A stretch of 64,000 bases of DNA, from contig JAHLTZ010000006.1 in the NCBI GenBank assembly GCA_025786725.1, forward strand, positions 124,001 to 188,000, given 5' to 3'. Every line of letters begins with the position of its first letter. The stretch's first letter is position 1. Below are positions 51,461-64,000 of the stretch, in pieces. The notes beneath the pieces were generated by a model. That model did not search any database, was not told the DNA's origin, and saw only the letters and a list, made by a program, of their open reading frames with translations. Source of the stretch: Syncephalis fuscata S228 (Eukaryota > Fungi > Zoopagomycota). Position numbers and translations under genes: made by a program.

Positions 51461-52726
51461 ATGTCGGCTACGCAAAACCGTGTTAAGCAAATCGCCCAAC
51501 ACCTCTCGACCCAGCAGGGCTCTAGCTCTCGTGTGGCCACCAAGATTGGTGTCAAGTCGCCGGATGACGTCGTGATTGTCTCTGCCTTGCGTACACCGAT
51601 TACTCGTGCGCGTCGTGGTGGTTTTAAAGACACGTTCCCCGACGAGCTACTTGCTGCCGTATTCAAGGCTACCCTTGAACGCACAAAGCTCAACCCGGCG
51701 TTGGTTGACGATGTTGTCGTTGGCAACGTATTGCCACTTGGTGGTGGTGCGACCGCAGCTCGTATGGCTACATTGGCTGCCGGCCTCCCCGATACAGTCT
51801 CCGTTATGACCTGCAATCGCCAATGCTCGTCGGGTCTGCAAGCTGTCGCCCAAGTTGCTGCTGCAATCCAAAATGGTAGCATTGAGATTGGTATCGGTGC
51901 CGGCGTCGAGTCGATGACGAAGGGCTACGGACCAACCGCCATGGGTGAAACGGCCGATGCCACCCAAGAGAATAGCGAGGCTGCCGACTGTCTTTTGCCT
52001 ATGGGTATTACCTCCGAGAATGTAGCACGCGAATTTAACATCACACGCCAGAAACAAGACGCATTATCGGCTGAATCACATCGTCGTGCTGCTGCTGCCC
52101 AAAAGCAGGGTCTATTCAACGACGAGATTGTTCCAGTTACAATTAACGTCACTGATAAGGAAGGCAATACAAAGCAGGTTACCATCGCAGCTGATGATGG
52201 TGTACGTGCCACCACAACTGCCGAAGGATTGGCCAAGCTAAAGCCAGCCTTTTCAGAGACCGGCACCACTACAGCCGGTAACGCCTCTCAAGTATCTGAC
52301 GGTGCCGCGGCTGTTTTGTTGATGCGCCGTGCTAAAGCACAAGAGCTTGGCCTTCCTATTCTAGGTAAATTCGTCACTTCAGCCACTGTTGGTGTCCCAC
52401 CAAATGTGATGGGTATTGGTCCAGCATTTGCCATCCCACAGGCTGCACACCAAGCTGGCATTAAGGTATCCGACCTTGAGATCATCGAATTGAACGAGGC
52501 ATTTGCTTCACAGGCCGTCTACTGCATTGAACACCTCAAGCTCAACCCAGCTAATGTCAATCCAAAGGGCGGTGCTATTGCCATTGGACATCCATTGGGC
52601 TGCACTGGCTCTCGTCAAATTGCCACCATTCTACCAGAATTGAAGCGCCAGAACAAGCGTATCGGTGCCATTTCCATGTGCATCGGTACTGGTATGGGCA
52701 TGGCCGCTATTGTTGAACGCGAGTAA
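51461..52726 (+). CDS. POT1: Peroxisomal 3-ketoacyl-CoA thiolase, intronless
   Basis: PTS2 RVKQIAQHL; NRQCSSGLQA, NEAFASQ, GAIAIGHPLGCTG, SMCIGTGMG thiolase motifs. Confidence 0.97.
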   Translation: MSATQNRVKQIAQHLSTQQGSSSRVATKIGVKSPDDVVIVSALRTPITRARRGGFKDTFPDELLAAVFKATLERTKLNPALVDDVVVGNVLPLGGGATAARMATLAAGLPDTVSVMTCNRQCSSGLQAVAQVAAAIQNGSIEIGIGAGVESMTKGYGPTAMGETADATQENSEAADCLLPMGITSENVAREFNITRQKQDALSAESHRRAAAAQKQGLFNDEIVPVTINVTDKEGNTKQVTIAADDGVRATTTAEGLAKLKPAFSETGTTTAGNASQVSDGAAAVLLMRRAKAQELGLPILGKFVTSATVGVPPNVMGIGPAFAIPQAAHQAGIKVSDLEIIELNEAFASQAVYCIEHLKLNPANVNPKGGAIAIGHPLGCTGSRQIATILPELKRQNKRIGAISMCIGTGMGMAAIVERE

Positions 52727-53016
52727 ACTATAATATTGTTGCGATGGGCCATAGCAACTTATTGATTCGTTGATAATTACAATATATCAGCAGAATTTGC
52801 TTTTTCTTATTGTTAATAAAAACACATCTATACAGAATTAATGAGCTATTAACTAAATATTATTTACAATTATTATTAACAGCATTAGTATTCTTTATAA
52901 TTAATAATAAGTATTGCTAATATTTATAACATTAACAGCACTTATTACCATCAAGTATATATTATGTAACAATTGTTTATTTTTACATAAAATGTAAAAT
53001 AAAATAGAGCAACTTA

Positions 53017-55882
53017 TCAAGGCATCGGATAAGCATTGGGTGGAGTGCGCACCCTTTGCTGGTTACCATCAGATTCGTTGAATTGCTGGCTAACGGCGCG
53101 TGCCAATCCAACAAACATCGGCCCACGACTTGATGCAGAAAACGATCTATTCATACGAGTACTCTCGTATCTGCCATCTTCCATACTTTCGCAACGGTTT
53201 TCAATGTCGTCGCTATCGTTGTTACTATAATTATAGTTATAATTATAATGGTTATAGTTGTTATAGTTGCTATAGTTGTTGTTATTGTCGTGGTTGTTAT
53301 TATAAATGTCGCTAAGTTGTCTTGGTATTAAATGTATATGATTTGTATTGGCTTCAAATACATTCCGTGTTGGCGAGTAATTGTCTTGTTCATCCATTAA
53401 CCTTGGCGGCTGTAAGGATGGAGTAGGATAACAATGTCTGATGGGGCCTGTAGACTTCGTTCGCCATTACTGAGCGTAGAGGATGTAGCAGTTGAACCAG
53501 CTGGCATGTCCAACATATTGCTAGGTGGTTCCAATTGAGGCCGATCATCAATGTACTCTTCTGCATAAACGTAATCGCTTAATACACTAATCTCAGTTAA
53601 TCGATTAGAATCAGGATATGAATCAGGCACATCGCTCATCTCCATGTTTGGTATAGAGTCGCGTAGTTTTGTCGGCGATAATAAAACACCACTAATGGAC
53701 CGTCCCCAAGAGTTGGTGCTTTTATAGTCAAGATCGCGTTGTATAGCCTTTGGACTTTGTGATTGTCGGCGATTGACCAGTTTAATAGCAGAGCGTCGAG
53801 CTGCACGTCGAGTGAATAGCATACGCCATTCTAGATAGAGACGGCGCTGCAAGCCAAATATTAAGAAAAAGACAATGCCTTGCATAGATACTAGAACTTC
53901 GGCAGCAATCATTATTTGGAAGCTAGGCAGTACCTCGTCCATAATAGATGCACAATAGCCTGTCCATTACCGGCCGCAATACACTTAAACCAAAGCGGTA
54001 TTAGTTCTTGGCGATGTGTATGTGATGTTCGGTTGATTTCAGTAAAATAAAACACCCAATAGAACACTAAAGAGCACATCAATGAGAGAGATAGTAGCAC
54101 GGCACGCCATTGAAGTCGAAGTGTTCCATAGCTGCAATTTTTTGTGCACGTCGGACAGCTCCGTTACTCGATGGATTGGATCCTGGCACTGTATGGCCAT
54201 GAGCACGACGACGTACACGGATAATATGAACAAATGTCCAGAGATGTAGAAATCCAGCGGGGAATACAATGGCACCTAACGGCCAAAAGAATACCCCAGC
54301 ATGATCTTTGCTAACTAGGCAAAGTTCGGCAAAGTCTATTGTACGACATTTAACGCTAATGGAACAGCTGTGCCAATGGCAGAATAAGACCAGCCAACGA
54401 TAACCACCCATTTGTAGTATCTACTCATCCACTGGTTGTTCCATACGGTATGCAAATGCAAATTTAAAATAATTATGGCCACCCAGAAGCAAGCGCTAAA
54501 CGAGCCAAATATTAGGATAGCGCCTTGTATACCACAAAGTGGGTTGTTGTTCATAGTGCTTTGGGTAATGGCATCTGCACATTGTATCGTTTTTGGATCA
54601 GTAATTACAAAAAAGGCTGACAAGGAAAATATTACGATACTAATGGTGGAGAAAAAGATAAGTGAAGTGGGATATTTACGTTTTCCAGGCAATACCAAAT
54701 AGGATGCAAATAGAAATAAAACTAACAGCGTAGAAATACCGCGTAGCAGAGATGCTACACGGAATCCAATTTCCAGTGTATTTGGTGGATAGAATGCATT
54801 GGTTACCGGGCAGGGAATACAGCAGCCATTGACACACTGCGGAGATTGACTTTTGCCCGGCCATAAAGGATCTTGAATAAGTGGAGATGGACAGACGAAT
54901 GTATCGACCATACGGCCAGTTAAATTCCAATTAGAGGCAGCGGCAGTGGCCATAACAACATTATCTTGGGAAGCTCTTGCTTTTAGTATAACTACATTAG
55001 ATAAATAAATAAAAAACATTAGCGTTAGTAAATTATTTCATTTTATATTTATATAACATGTCGCCTACCTAGTTCGGGGCATTGCTTATACTCGATGCCA
55101 TCGCGTGGCGCTACACAAGTCGCATCCTTGGGAACGATACAAGCTGTCGCTGTTCGCTTGGCCGCTGTAGAGAAAATAATTTATTTCGGCATTCAGTGTC
55201 GCTAGCCAAGTCGGTGCAAGTTTGCCGGCAGCGATATTCAGCTAAATGTCCTATAGTAGAAATGCAAAGTGTTAGTAATATAAAAATAGTAATAACAGCA
55301 TATTTACCAGTCGACGAATCAGAGCATCGGGGATAGGCCAGTTCGCATAAATATGCGCTGTATTTAGCAGCACAATCACTGCCAAGCGCTTGACGCTCTT
55401 TGGCGGATAGCCATTGTCTAGCAATCTGATTCTCTTTCTGTTTTAGTAGTAAAGAGGCTGTTGCTGTGTTGGACAGCACTGCTGGTGTGTTCAAATAGAA
55501 TGGCCTGTCCCCAATAATGGTGTGACAGAATCCGTTCTTAGGATAAAGCGTCGGTGTGATACACTCTATATAACAAATAAATAGGTGGTTTAGTATAAGC
55601 GAAGTTCAAACGATGTCTCGCCCGTGATGCTTTTGTGTTGCCCATAATAGACAGGCAAGTTGATCAGCACGCACATCAGTATAGCCACATTAAGAAGATA
55701 AATTTTAAAATAGAAGTTGATTGGGCTCAAGTCCCTAATTTCATTTCCGCTCATGTTCAAATATAATAATAATAATAATACTAAACCAACCACCAATCTA
55801 CCCACGATATGTGCTTACCTCCATTTACAAAAATAATAAATGTCAATAAAACAAGGAAAATAATGGTGTGTTGAAAGAACAT
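53017..55882 (-). CDS. Frizzled/Smoothened-like 7TM GPCR with signal peptide and N-terminal Cys-rich (Fz-CRD-like) domain; several frameshifts
   Basis: Exon 1 MFFQHTIIFLVLLTFIIFVNG (55882-55819). CRD-like DCAAKYSAYLCELAYPRC...CRQTCTD...C. Linker CPSPL...CCIPCP...FYP. TM segments FASYLVLPGKRKYP, CGIQGAILIFGSFSACFW, SMQGIVFFLIFG. Confidence 0.82.
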
Positions 55883-58800
55883 TGTGGTGTCGTAGCCGCC
55901 GTTAAAGTGATCGTAGCTGTGGTGTTGAAGTCCAATAAGTAAAAAGTAAGAGAAGTTTACGGAAGGCTATAAGCTACAACAGTGTGTTAGTGCCAATACA
56001 ACAACTATAATACAGGGTAATCATGAAAATCGTGAAAATGAAACAGCCAGGATAAAACAAAAGGCTAAGCGTTACTGGCAGGTGTTAGGATAGCAGTAGT
56101 GGAAAAAGAGGAAAAATAGTTCTGTACTTGTGCTCAAATATGGCATTAAATAGACATTAAGACGGCACACGATCCTAGCAACGACGCGTAATACAGACGC
56201 CGTGCCACTGAATCCGATATCGATACTGCTAAACTGAGTAGTATTTGGGATTTCAGAATAATTGTTACCTTAGGCTAACGTGGTATTACAGCCAGCACTT
56301 AGCACCCGAAACTTTGTTGATGTTCGGTGATACACGTATATTAGATATATAATAAAAATATACAATTAATAGTCAATATACGTTTTTGGGGAATAAAATA
56401 TGACTTAAGGAAGATGGACTACAAATGGTTCGAGGTAAAGGAAGGAAGCATTAGATTATAAACAAGAAGTACGCGAATAACCAGTAATGGTGAATAGTGA
56501 TCACTCGATACAGTTTGTATTACGCTGGACTGAGCGTGGTAAAGACGACACAGCCCCGACTATTGTTACGTTCAGAAACTTCAAAAGCCGAAATAATCCC
56601 CACCAGCAATAGTATAATTTGCATAAGGCATGGGAGAAAAGCCTGATTATATTGCTAGCCAGGCAAATGATTCAATTGGGGAAAAGCGAATATCGACTCA
56701 ATTTACTAACCGACGAACCAACCAAATTACAGCACACAGGCCATTCATAACAAATACGGAGTTATTACCAGATTCTTGCAGCAATATTTGTATATAGCAT
56801 GGGTAGAATAGTGGTGTGCTATTATTTCATTGGTGGCATATCTGCAAGGCGGCAAGCAAATCAATTGTTGCCATTGCATTGGAATGTGCTATCAATACTG
56901 CCTTGCCCATGGGTCATAAGACTAGAATCTGGTCATGTGTACATTCACTGCTGGTAATGCTACCGATATTGAGTAACGCAGGTGTACGTGCATGTTATCA
57001 TCGGCGTGCAACTGCCGAACTATCATCATGATTTAGAATCATTTGCAGTATTTTTACTTCAAATATTATACATCACTGCCCCACACAAAATTGCCCCACA
57101 CAAAATGACCGTCCTGGTCGTACGATTACAATAGGGTAAAAGTTCGGCAAAATAGCTATTAAAGAATTGTGGGGCAGCGCTGATAACCACGCCGCGTAAT
57201 TTCATGTGACAAATCGGGTAGCGGCTGCCGCTTGAAAAGCACAGTAGAAACAATACCCTGGCACGCAATAATCACCAGTGCGCATTATATTCACGTCGCT
57301 AAACTAACCACTCATACAAAAGTTTACCTTGTATTAATAAATGTAAAGTATCTGTAAATAGTATTATTAGTTATAAGCCAGTTTATGTATTATAAACGAA
57401 ATCACTACGCGATACACATTAATAAATTGTTTTAAGCTGCGAAAGAAAGCGAATAAGGAAAGCAAGCATTCTCCAGACGTAAAAGAATGTTCAGTATTAA
57501 TACCAACGGTAATTGCAAGTCACACAGCAGATAACATACGGGAAAACATTAATCAATGATTGCTGTATTTGCCGACAATAGACTATCATACCAAGTCTTC
57601 CATAGAGACGTTCGACGAGCATAGGAAACCCCATCATATAATTGAAACGCTAGTTGCATGCGCAATACCATAATATGCATATAAAATACTAGTTATGATT
57701 CTCCTTAATGCATCACTGACTGCTTCCACTTAAAACTCTTACCGGAAATACCTCTACAATAATAGTGCGAATGTTCAAGTGATTCGGCTTTATCTATAAC
57801 CCGAGGCCGTTTTTGATAAGCCTTACATATACTTTTCTTAAAGAAAAGCACAATAAATGAGTAAATTAAAAACGGCAATAATAACTAAATATTGAAAGAA
57901 TGTTAAGGCGCATAAAACATTGAAACTGGAACAGCTGATCGATTGAAGTGCTGCCATTATATTATCTAGAGGCAACTAGATAGCAATTTAAAACAGTCTA
58001 CTAACTGTCAGGTATTTAGTAAGTGAAGCGTGGCGACCTAGGTGGCTCACGTCGAAAGAGGTAAACTAAAGCCCAACCCAACCAAGGAGTGTGTGACAAA
58101 TAGCTATGAGACTTACTAAATAGCACCTGTACAAGGTCAGAATACAATTATAACATGTAGATCAGATGATAAATCAAAAACGTAGTCGATAATGATGAGG
58201 TTTGAGAGCATAGACCTTTTCTAAAAGCAACAGGTTTATGTAGTGTTCCTACAGCCTTGGTATGCATTTGCCTCAAAGACACTATAGCGCATTATACAAA
58301 ATAACTAGTATATAATGACATTACGACATGCACTGCTGCATATGCCGTGCAATCATGTTGGTGAAATACTCGTCAGGCTGCCTTTGCTTCCTTGAGGCCA
58401 AGCTTCCATTGTTTTTTACTACAATAACTACCAACAACAAAAAACTGCCTAAATTAGATGTGAAGGACCAGAACCTGATCGCACTAAACTCCACGTTCCT
58501 GTCAGTACAACGTGTGTGTGCGGGTATGTGTGCCTGTACGGAAGATAAAACATCCAGAGTTCATTGGATAGTCAATAATGAAATTATTAAACCAAGATTT
58601 AAATAAAGCAATACAACACGTGTGCAATGAACTAAAAGTAATTTTAGTAACATTTGTCGCGAAAAAGGCGAAATTTTTGCGTTTGTTTAAAACGTGGAAT
58701 CCTTGATAAAAAATTATAATTTTTTACATCGTCTAATTAAAATATAGAGTAGAGTGCTTGTTTCTATTCTTATATATAATGCATAATATCTACTTAACAC

Positions 58801-59523
58801 AAAAATCAGGCAACCTAAAAAAGTAAATCACTATACTATTAAACTTTAAATTTTAATTCAAGATTACTACTTTTGGACATTTATTTTTAATAGCGGTAAA
58901 TGTATCATTGAAACTCCCGTGTGCACCTTTTGACTTGTTTTTTACTCCTTGATATGCACTGTCATAAAACGCCGTTACTGTTATTTATAACTTCACCTCT
59001 GCTGTGACGCCGACAGTGATTGTATCTATGATAGAATATGATAACATGCATTTGACCATTGGGCTGTTATCGCGGAGTCCATGAAATCATAATGGTTTAT
59101 CCTGTGGCCTATGCTTGGAATTTAGCCATCCATCATTCTCATAAAAGTAAATAGTATTAAAGCCAATTTAACATAAAACTTGCTACATGGCTACGTCTTT
59201 TACTAAACACAGATGGCTACAGCGCCACAATTTCATTTGTTAATTACTATTGAATCACCAATAGATTTGTCCGTTTCAAAAATAAGCTATTTTTAAATTA
59301 ATTCAATGAATATTTGCTAATAATCTAATAATAAAGCATCGAATGCTATTTTGCACAATCTTTTTATATCTCAATATTTACATTCCAGCCTGAACTATAC
59401 ACCAATATATCTACATCTTGCAATGACTACTTTGATAAAAAACGAAGAACGGCTTAATCTAGTGATAATGGAAAATATACTATAGACGATTAATCTGCGA
59501 ATGCTGCATAACATACGCGTCGT

Positions 59524-59970
59524 TCAGTGAACAGCTTCTTCGCGTTCTTCTCTGCCAGCCCGGTTGCACCAGCTACATAAAACCAGCTGCTGCAGTCTAG
59601 GCCACCAACGCGCATCCGTAGACTGTCGTCGCCAAGCTTGATCTTGTGCATGTCTCCGCAGACTGTTAGCGCTACTGGGTAATCCCCTTGACAATTCGGA
59701 ATCGATAGATATTGATGACATACTAGGTGTATATCGCTGTTGATAATCGTAATCATCTGATGTTTGCTCACTGCAATCACTATCATAATAATACGAGGTT
59801 CCATATGCAGCAGACGACAATCGATTAACAGACAGTGCAAGTTCAATAGATTTAGTTGACGCTAATTGCCATAGTGCTTCGTTGTTTGTGTGTTGTACAG
59901 AGGCTCGTCTTTTCGCGGCAAATAGAAAACTGACCGGAAACGGTGCTTCATACATAGTGGATATTGTCAT
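59524..59970 (-). CDS. Hypothetical Ser-rich protein (~148 aa)
   Basis: ATG-started ORF with coding-like composition in AT-rich flanks. No family recognised. Confidence 0.45.
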   Translation of the reverse strand: MTISTMYEAPFPVSFLFAAKRRASVQHTNNEALWQLASTKSIELALSVNRLSSAAYGTSYYYDSDCSEQTSDDYDYQQRYTPSMSSISIDSELSRGLPSSANSLRRHAQDQAWRRQSTDARWWPRLQQLVLCSWCNRAGREEREEAVH

Positions 59971-60347
59971 GCTTGAAAATAGGATGCTTATAACTAATAA
60001 ATTACACGTCGATTTACTACTACAATATAAATGTTTTAAACACAAGTAGTAGATTAACGCGAATGAAATGGCTGGAATGGCAAGAAACGCTCTGTACTAC
60101 TGCTGACGTATGTATTCTATCACACACGTCACTATCCTATTTTATTTTATTAAACTTTTAAACCAGCGTTTTACTTTTCCAATGTATAAGTAATGCTTTT
60201 CAACATTGTATCAACGCGCCCTTTATGACAATGAGTCTGATCGTCGTATCTTTACATAAATTGGTTTGGTATTAGTATCGGTAATTTTATTTGGCAAATT
60301 ATTTTTTATTTCTATTATTGCTACTAAACAATCTATTAGCAATGCAA

Positions 60348-61116
60348 TGTTTGTTTTTGTGGTAAATGACTAAAACTAATAACATCCAACTATTGAACAT
60401 GATGATGGGTGGTGAGTGACATCAATCATCAAATACTCATCATCATAGATTCATTATCAGTATGCATATGTCCAGTATACACATATACTTTATTCACTTA
60501 TACCATTATTATTCTATGACATATTGGATACATTATATTTGCTATATATCCGAATACATATGCTTTGATGAATAAATAAGTTGAAATGAATAGACTTTTA
60601 TCAAGGATAAAGCTAGAACCAAACGGACAACGGCACTAGGTAGCACGTAGTTATTAGACAATAAAGCAATGTGATGAATATACAAGATGAAGTGGCGATT
60701 AGCTGTGTTAAAGCTACATTGCATATAGGCTAGTAAGCGAATGAGCAACATTAGTCGGGCTTTATCAATAATAAGACTAGAACAAACATAAAAGCTGTTT
60801 TGGATAGAGGAAGGCTAGGTGAGCATGAAATGACATAGGATAGAATGAGTACACAATGGGAAGAATGTGTATAATGCAATGACGGGAATAAGCAAAGTAT
60901 ATCAGAATATATAAAAAATAGAATGTGTCTAGTATGTCATAGAGTATTATATAGTAGTATGTAATAGAATGGAAATGATATAAATACTAGTTATATGCAT
61001 ACTGGATAATGAATCTATTATGATGAGTATTTGATGATTGATGTCACTCACCACCCATCATCATGTTCAATAGGTTGGATGTTATTAGTTGTTAGTCATT
61101 TACCATCAAACAAACA
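60348..61116. repeat. Long inverted repeat (arms ~60348-60565 and ~60890-61116, spacer ~325 bp); foldback/MITE-like or inverted duplication
   Basis: GGTAAATGACTAA..ACTAATAACATCCAAC.TATTGAACATGATGATGGGTGGTGAGTGACATCAATCATCAAATACTCATCAT.ATAGATTCATTATC.AGTATGCATAT occurs as a near-identical reverse complement. The inner parts of the arms are more diverged. Confidence 0.9.
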
Positions 61117-61374
61117 ATAAATGTGATGATGTAATGATTAAGTAAAACTCACCACTTGTCCCATGTTCAATAGATTAAATGTGTAGTTCAATTACGCGAA
61201 TGTTATCAAGTTTATTCATTTGCTCCAATTACACTAAGTGTCCAATAAACTGCTAATAAAAATATCATTATTATTATGGTATTACTTTTGCATACTTAAT
61301 GGACTATTCAATTTGGATATTCAATAGATGTAATACAAATTTTATTTACAATAAGAGTTTGCAATTAAAGCTCT

Positions 61375-63320
61375 TTATAACATATAAGCTTTGTAGGCAA
61401 CATTGCCTTCTTCTTTGGCAATTCGACCAAAGACGGCACTTGATATATGATAGTTCGACCATTCAGACTCTATTTCAAAACCTGGAAAGTTGCTAGTTTC
61501 TACTCTAACAAGACCTCGAGTTGTAGCATTGGCGTCACGAACTCGTCTGCCAGTAAGGCATGGCGGTGCTTCGTAATACTGGCGGGTTTTCATATCAGTA
61601 AACCAAATTTTCTCTATCTTGTTGCCGACCATGGCGCACAAAGACCCAAGGAAAGGCGCAAGTCTTTCGTGGTACGGATAAATAACTACAAGCAGGCTAT
61701 TTCCACTGCAAGCATCCAGCACTCTATAGTTTTCACCAGTATTGACAATAATCAGTTTTTTGCTGAATAACTTTGTAATGTTGTCGCTATCTATCTTTCG
61801 CTGCCATAATATACGTCCTTGTTCAGAGCTATCAATTGGCAGTGACTGGCAATAATCGCTGGAGTCGAATATTGACTCTGGCACATTGTCCGATGCAAAT
61901 TTTCCGAATACGAGCAGTGATAATACAGTGCCATATTTTGGATGGAAAAAGCTTTTTGCCATGACTAAACACATTTTGTTTGAATACATCTCGACCTTAA
62001 TGATGACGTCCAGGCAGTATGGAATGGCGATTTGACCTGATAATATCGCCTTACACTGCAAATGACCTTTCTGAGCCTCTAGTAGCTCCCATTGGATGTG
62101 CGTTCTTTCACGATCGCTGCCAATAGTTTCGGAATGGTGAGCTGCTGCAGCTGTAGAAGCAGCCTCATTTGCAGATCCGGACATTACTGTCCATGTTAAA
62201 AACTGGCATTTGTCGGGAGAAGCGAATTGGATACAGGCGCGTGAAATGTTATCGATTACTGCTGGACCTTGTACCCATCGATTGCCATCCAAATCAAATA
62301 GATCGAATCGATAATATTGTTCTTCGATATTGATGGTGCGGAAAAGGACCCATTCGTTATAAATGTCAGCCAAGTCCAGTCGCTCTTCATGGCGCACTCC
62401 TCCATTTTCGCGTTGAAGCTGAATAACTTTTGGAGATGAGCAGTCAGTAACAGACCATACTAAAATGACCTTTTGCGGCCAACTTTCTTGTTCCTTTGAA
62501 GGTTCGGTTGTTGAAATAGTAGGTGTGTGTTTATATAAAGCAACTGGATTTTCTAGCTTATTTTTTAATATGTGTTGTGCTTCTATATCATCAATACTCA
62601 CTATATAACAGTATTAATAAATATTTAGTATTATCGTTAAAATTGCCATTACTACTTGCTTATTGGATCGCATGCGTAAATGGAAGCTAAATCTTCATAT
62701 GTGTCTATGAAAACACCAGCCAACACAAACTGATGTGTTCCATAGACAGTCTTGATTCGAGGTTGACCGGTAAATAATGATGCGGGCAAAGGAATGGTCA
62801 GCTCGTTGCAGGCCAGTTCTTCGTTGCTGTGTTCATCATCATCGCCAAAACAGCCATGCTGAATAGACCATAGCTTCGATGCTTCTTTGTCTTGTGCCAG
62901 CACATGCCAAGGATTTAAATCAACCAATTTCAGTTGATCACATTTATCGACCGGTAGTTGGCAGTTTCTTCTTTCGAATTGGCCTGCCATTAGGTTGCGA
63001 TCAACCTGTTGGCGTCGCTGGTAGGCTTGAAACCATGACGCAGGCTCAAGACTAGAGGTAGACGATGAAGGAGTAGAGTTTGGTATGGCATTTATATTCC
63101 AATTGTACCATTTGATCCACTCTTGTTCCCTTGGATCGCCTAATGAAAACGTCCGTCTGTACTGTCGCTTCCAATAGTCGGGACGATTGGCCATCGTCCG
63201 ATACAGAAGACGACAAGTACTTGTAAGGAGGACTACCTCTTTATCATCCATAAAACGCCGCATATAGAGCACGACGTCATGGTGTTCAAAAAAACGGTAG
63301 CTATTTGTATTCGATGGCAT
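61375..63320 (-). CDS. F-box-like N-terminal domain protein with uncharacterised, probably beta-rich C-terminus, 2 exons
   Basis: HHDVVLYMRRFMDDKEVVLLTSTCRLLYRTMANRPDYWKRQY resembles an F-box. The two long ORFs join in frame through a GC-AG intron at 62659-62601. Confidence 0.65.
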
Positions 63321-64000
63321 ATTCAATGGCAATAGCTTCAATATGAATCTGCTATGCAACAATGAAAATACGCAGCAGCCGCGAATAAAAAGGAAGGTCA
63401 CATACGACTGCTGGCTAGTTTGCTCTTTTCACAGTGCACTAGTTACACAGTTACAGATGTCTATCGGAATACAGCGAGTATTGCTATTGCTTTATTTATG
63501 AATAATATACACTAAAACTGCATACAAACGCGTTAAGTTGCCAGCAAGACTAAACATACTTTATTTTATTTATTAAAGGTCCGATTGTTGTGAACTAACC
63601 AATTAATCGGCGCTGTAATATTAATGGCGTTAAAAGTCGCCGCGACAGCAATACACATAACATGCTGCTGCCATAATGACGATTTTGTATAGATGAAACT
63701 GGTCTTACTTTCTTTACACAATTGCTGTTCCGAATGGATGACTCACTAAATTGATATTGAGTATCTGGTTAACATAGCAAGCGATACGCGCAACATTGCG
63801 TAAATTATATGCTAATCAGTAGTATTACACCACTTTATTTCCTGCATGCTTATTTACTTCTTTGTCATTCGTTGCATTTAATTATCAAGCTGTTACATGA
63901 ACTGCACAGCCCTTGCATGTTGTTCAATTATTTTAAGGTGCATTTGCAAACTTTAACGTATAATCCTTTTTCCATTGTGCTACCATGCCTGAGTTTATTT

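Noticed and set aside
51451-52485. Antisense and alternate-frame ORFs over the thiolase
   Set aside because: Shadow ORFs caused by the codon bias of a conserved, GC-richer gene.
32143-52726. Peroxisomal beta-oxidation gene cluster (enoyl-CoA hydratase plus thiolase)
   Set aside because: The genes are 18 kb apart with unrelated genes between them, so there is no evidence of clustering.
1950-55882. Programmed frameshifting or mass pseudogenisation (frameshifts in BTG, VMA8, RasGEF, CCCH, AKR, ECH, RBR, SSADH, GPCR)
   Set aside because: Single-base losses, often at short base runs, hit even highly conserved genes without other decay. This is typical of unpolished long-read assembly error. Read polishing would confirm it.

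Overview
AT-rich, intron-rich eukaryotic genomic DNA from an early-diverging fungus. Short GT-AG introns of about 50-80 nt with CTAAY branch points, plus BTG/Tob, LAMTOR2 and Frizzled-like GPCR genes alongside Sts1/Cut8, suggest Zoopagomycota such as Syncephalis (inference). About 23 protein-coding genes are recognisable: BTG/Tob, V-ATPase D, RasGEF, a homeodomain-like protein, TTP/TIS11 CCCH, Kv-beta-like aldo-keto reductase, LAMTOR2, ERCC1, enoyl-CoA hydratase, RWD-RBR E3, Sts1/Cut8, SSADH, SDE2, TVP38, peroxisomal thiolase, Frizzled/Smoothened-like GPCR, an F-box-like protein and several orphan or small secreted ORFs. Many carry single-base frameshifts that look like assembly errors. The standout, absent from the ORF track, is a gene at 42731-44665. 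A signal-peptide exon is followed by 22 microexons (twenty of 3 nt, one of 6 nt, one of 9 nt) separated by mutually similar 68-80 nt phase-1 introns. Spliced together they give a 68-aa secreted Cys-patterned peptide in which almost every core codon is split across two exons. No prokaryotic features (CRISPR, operons) and no tRNA or rRNA were seen.
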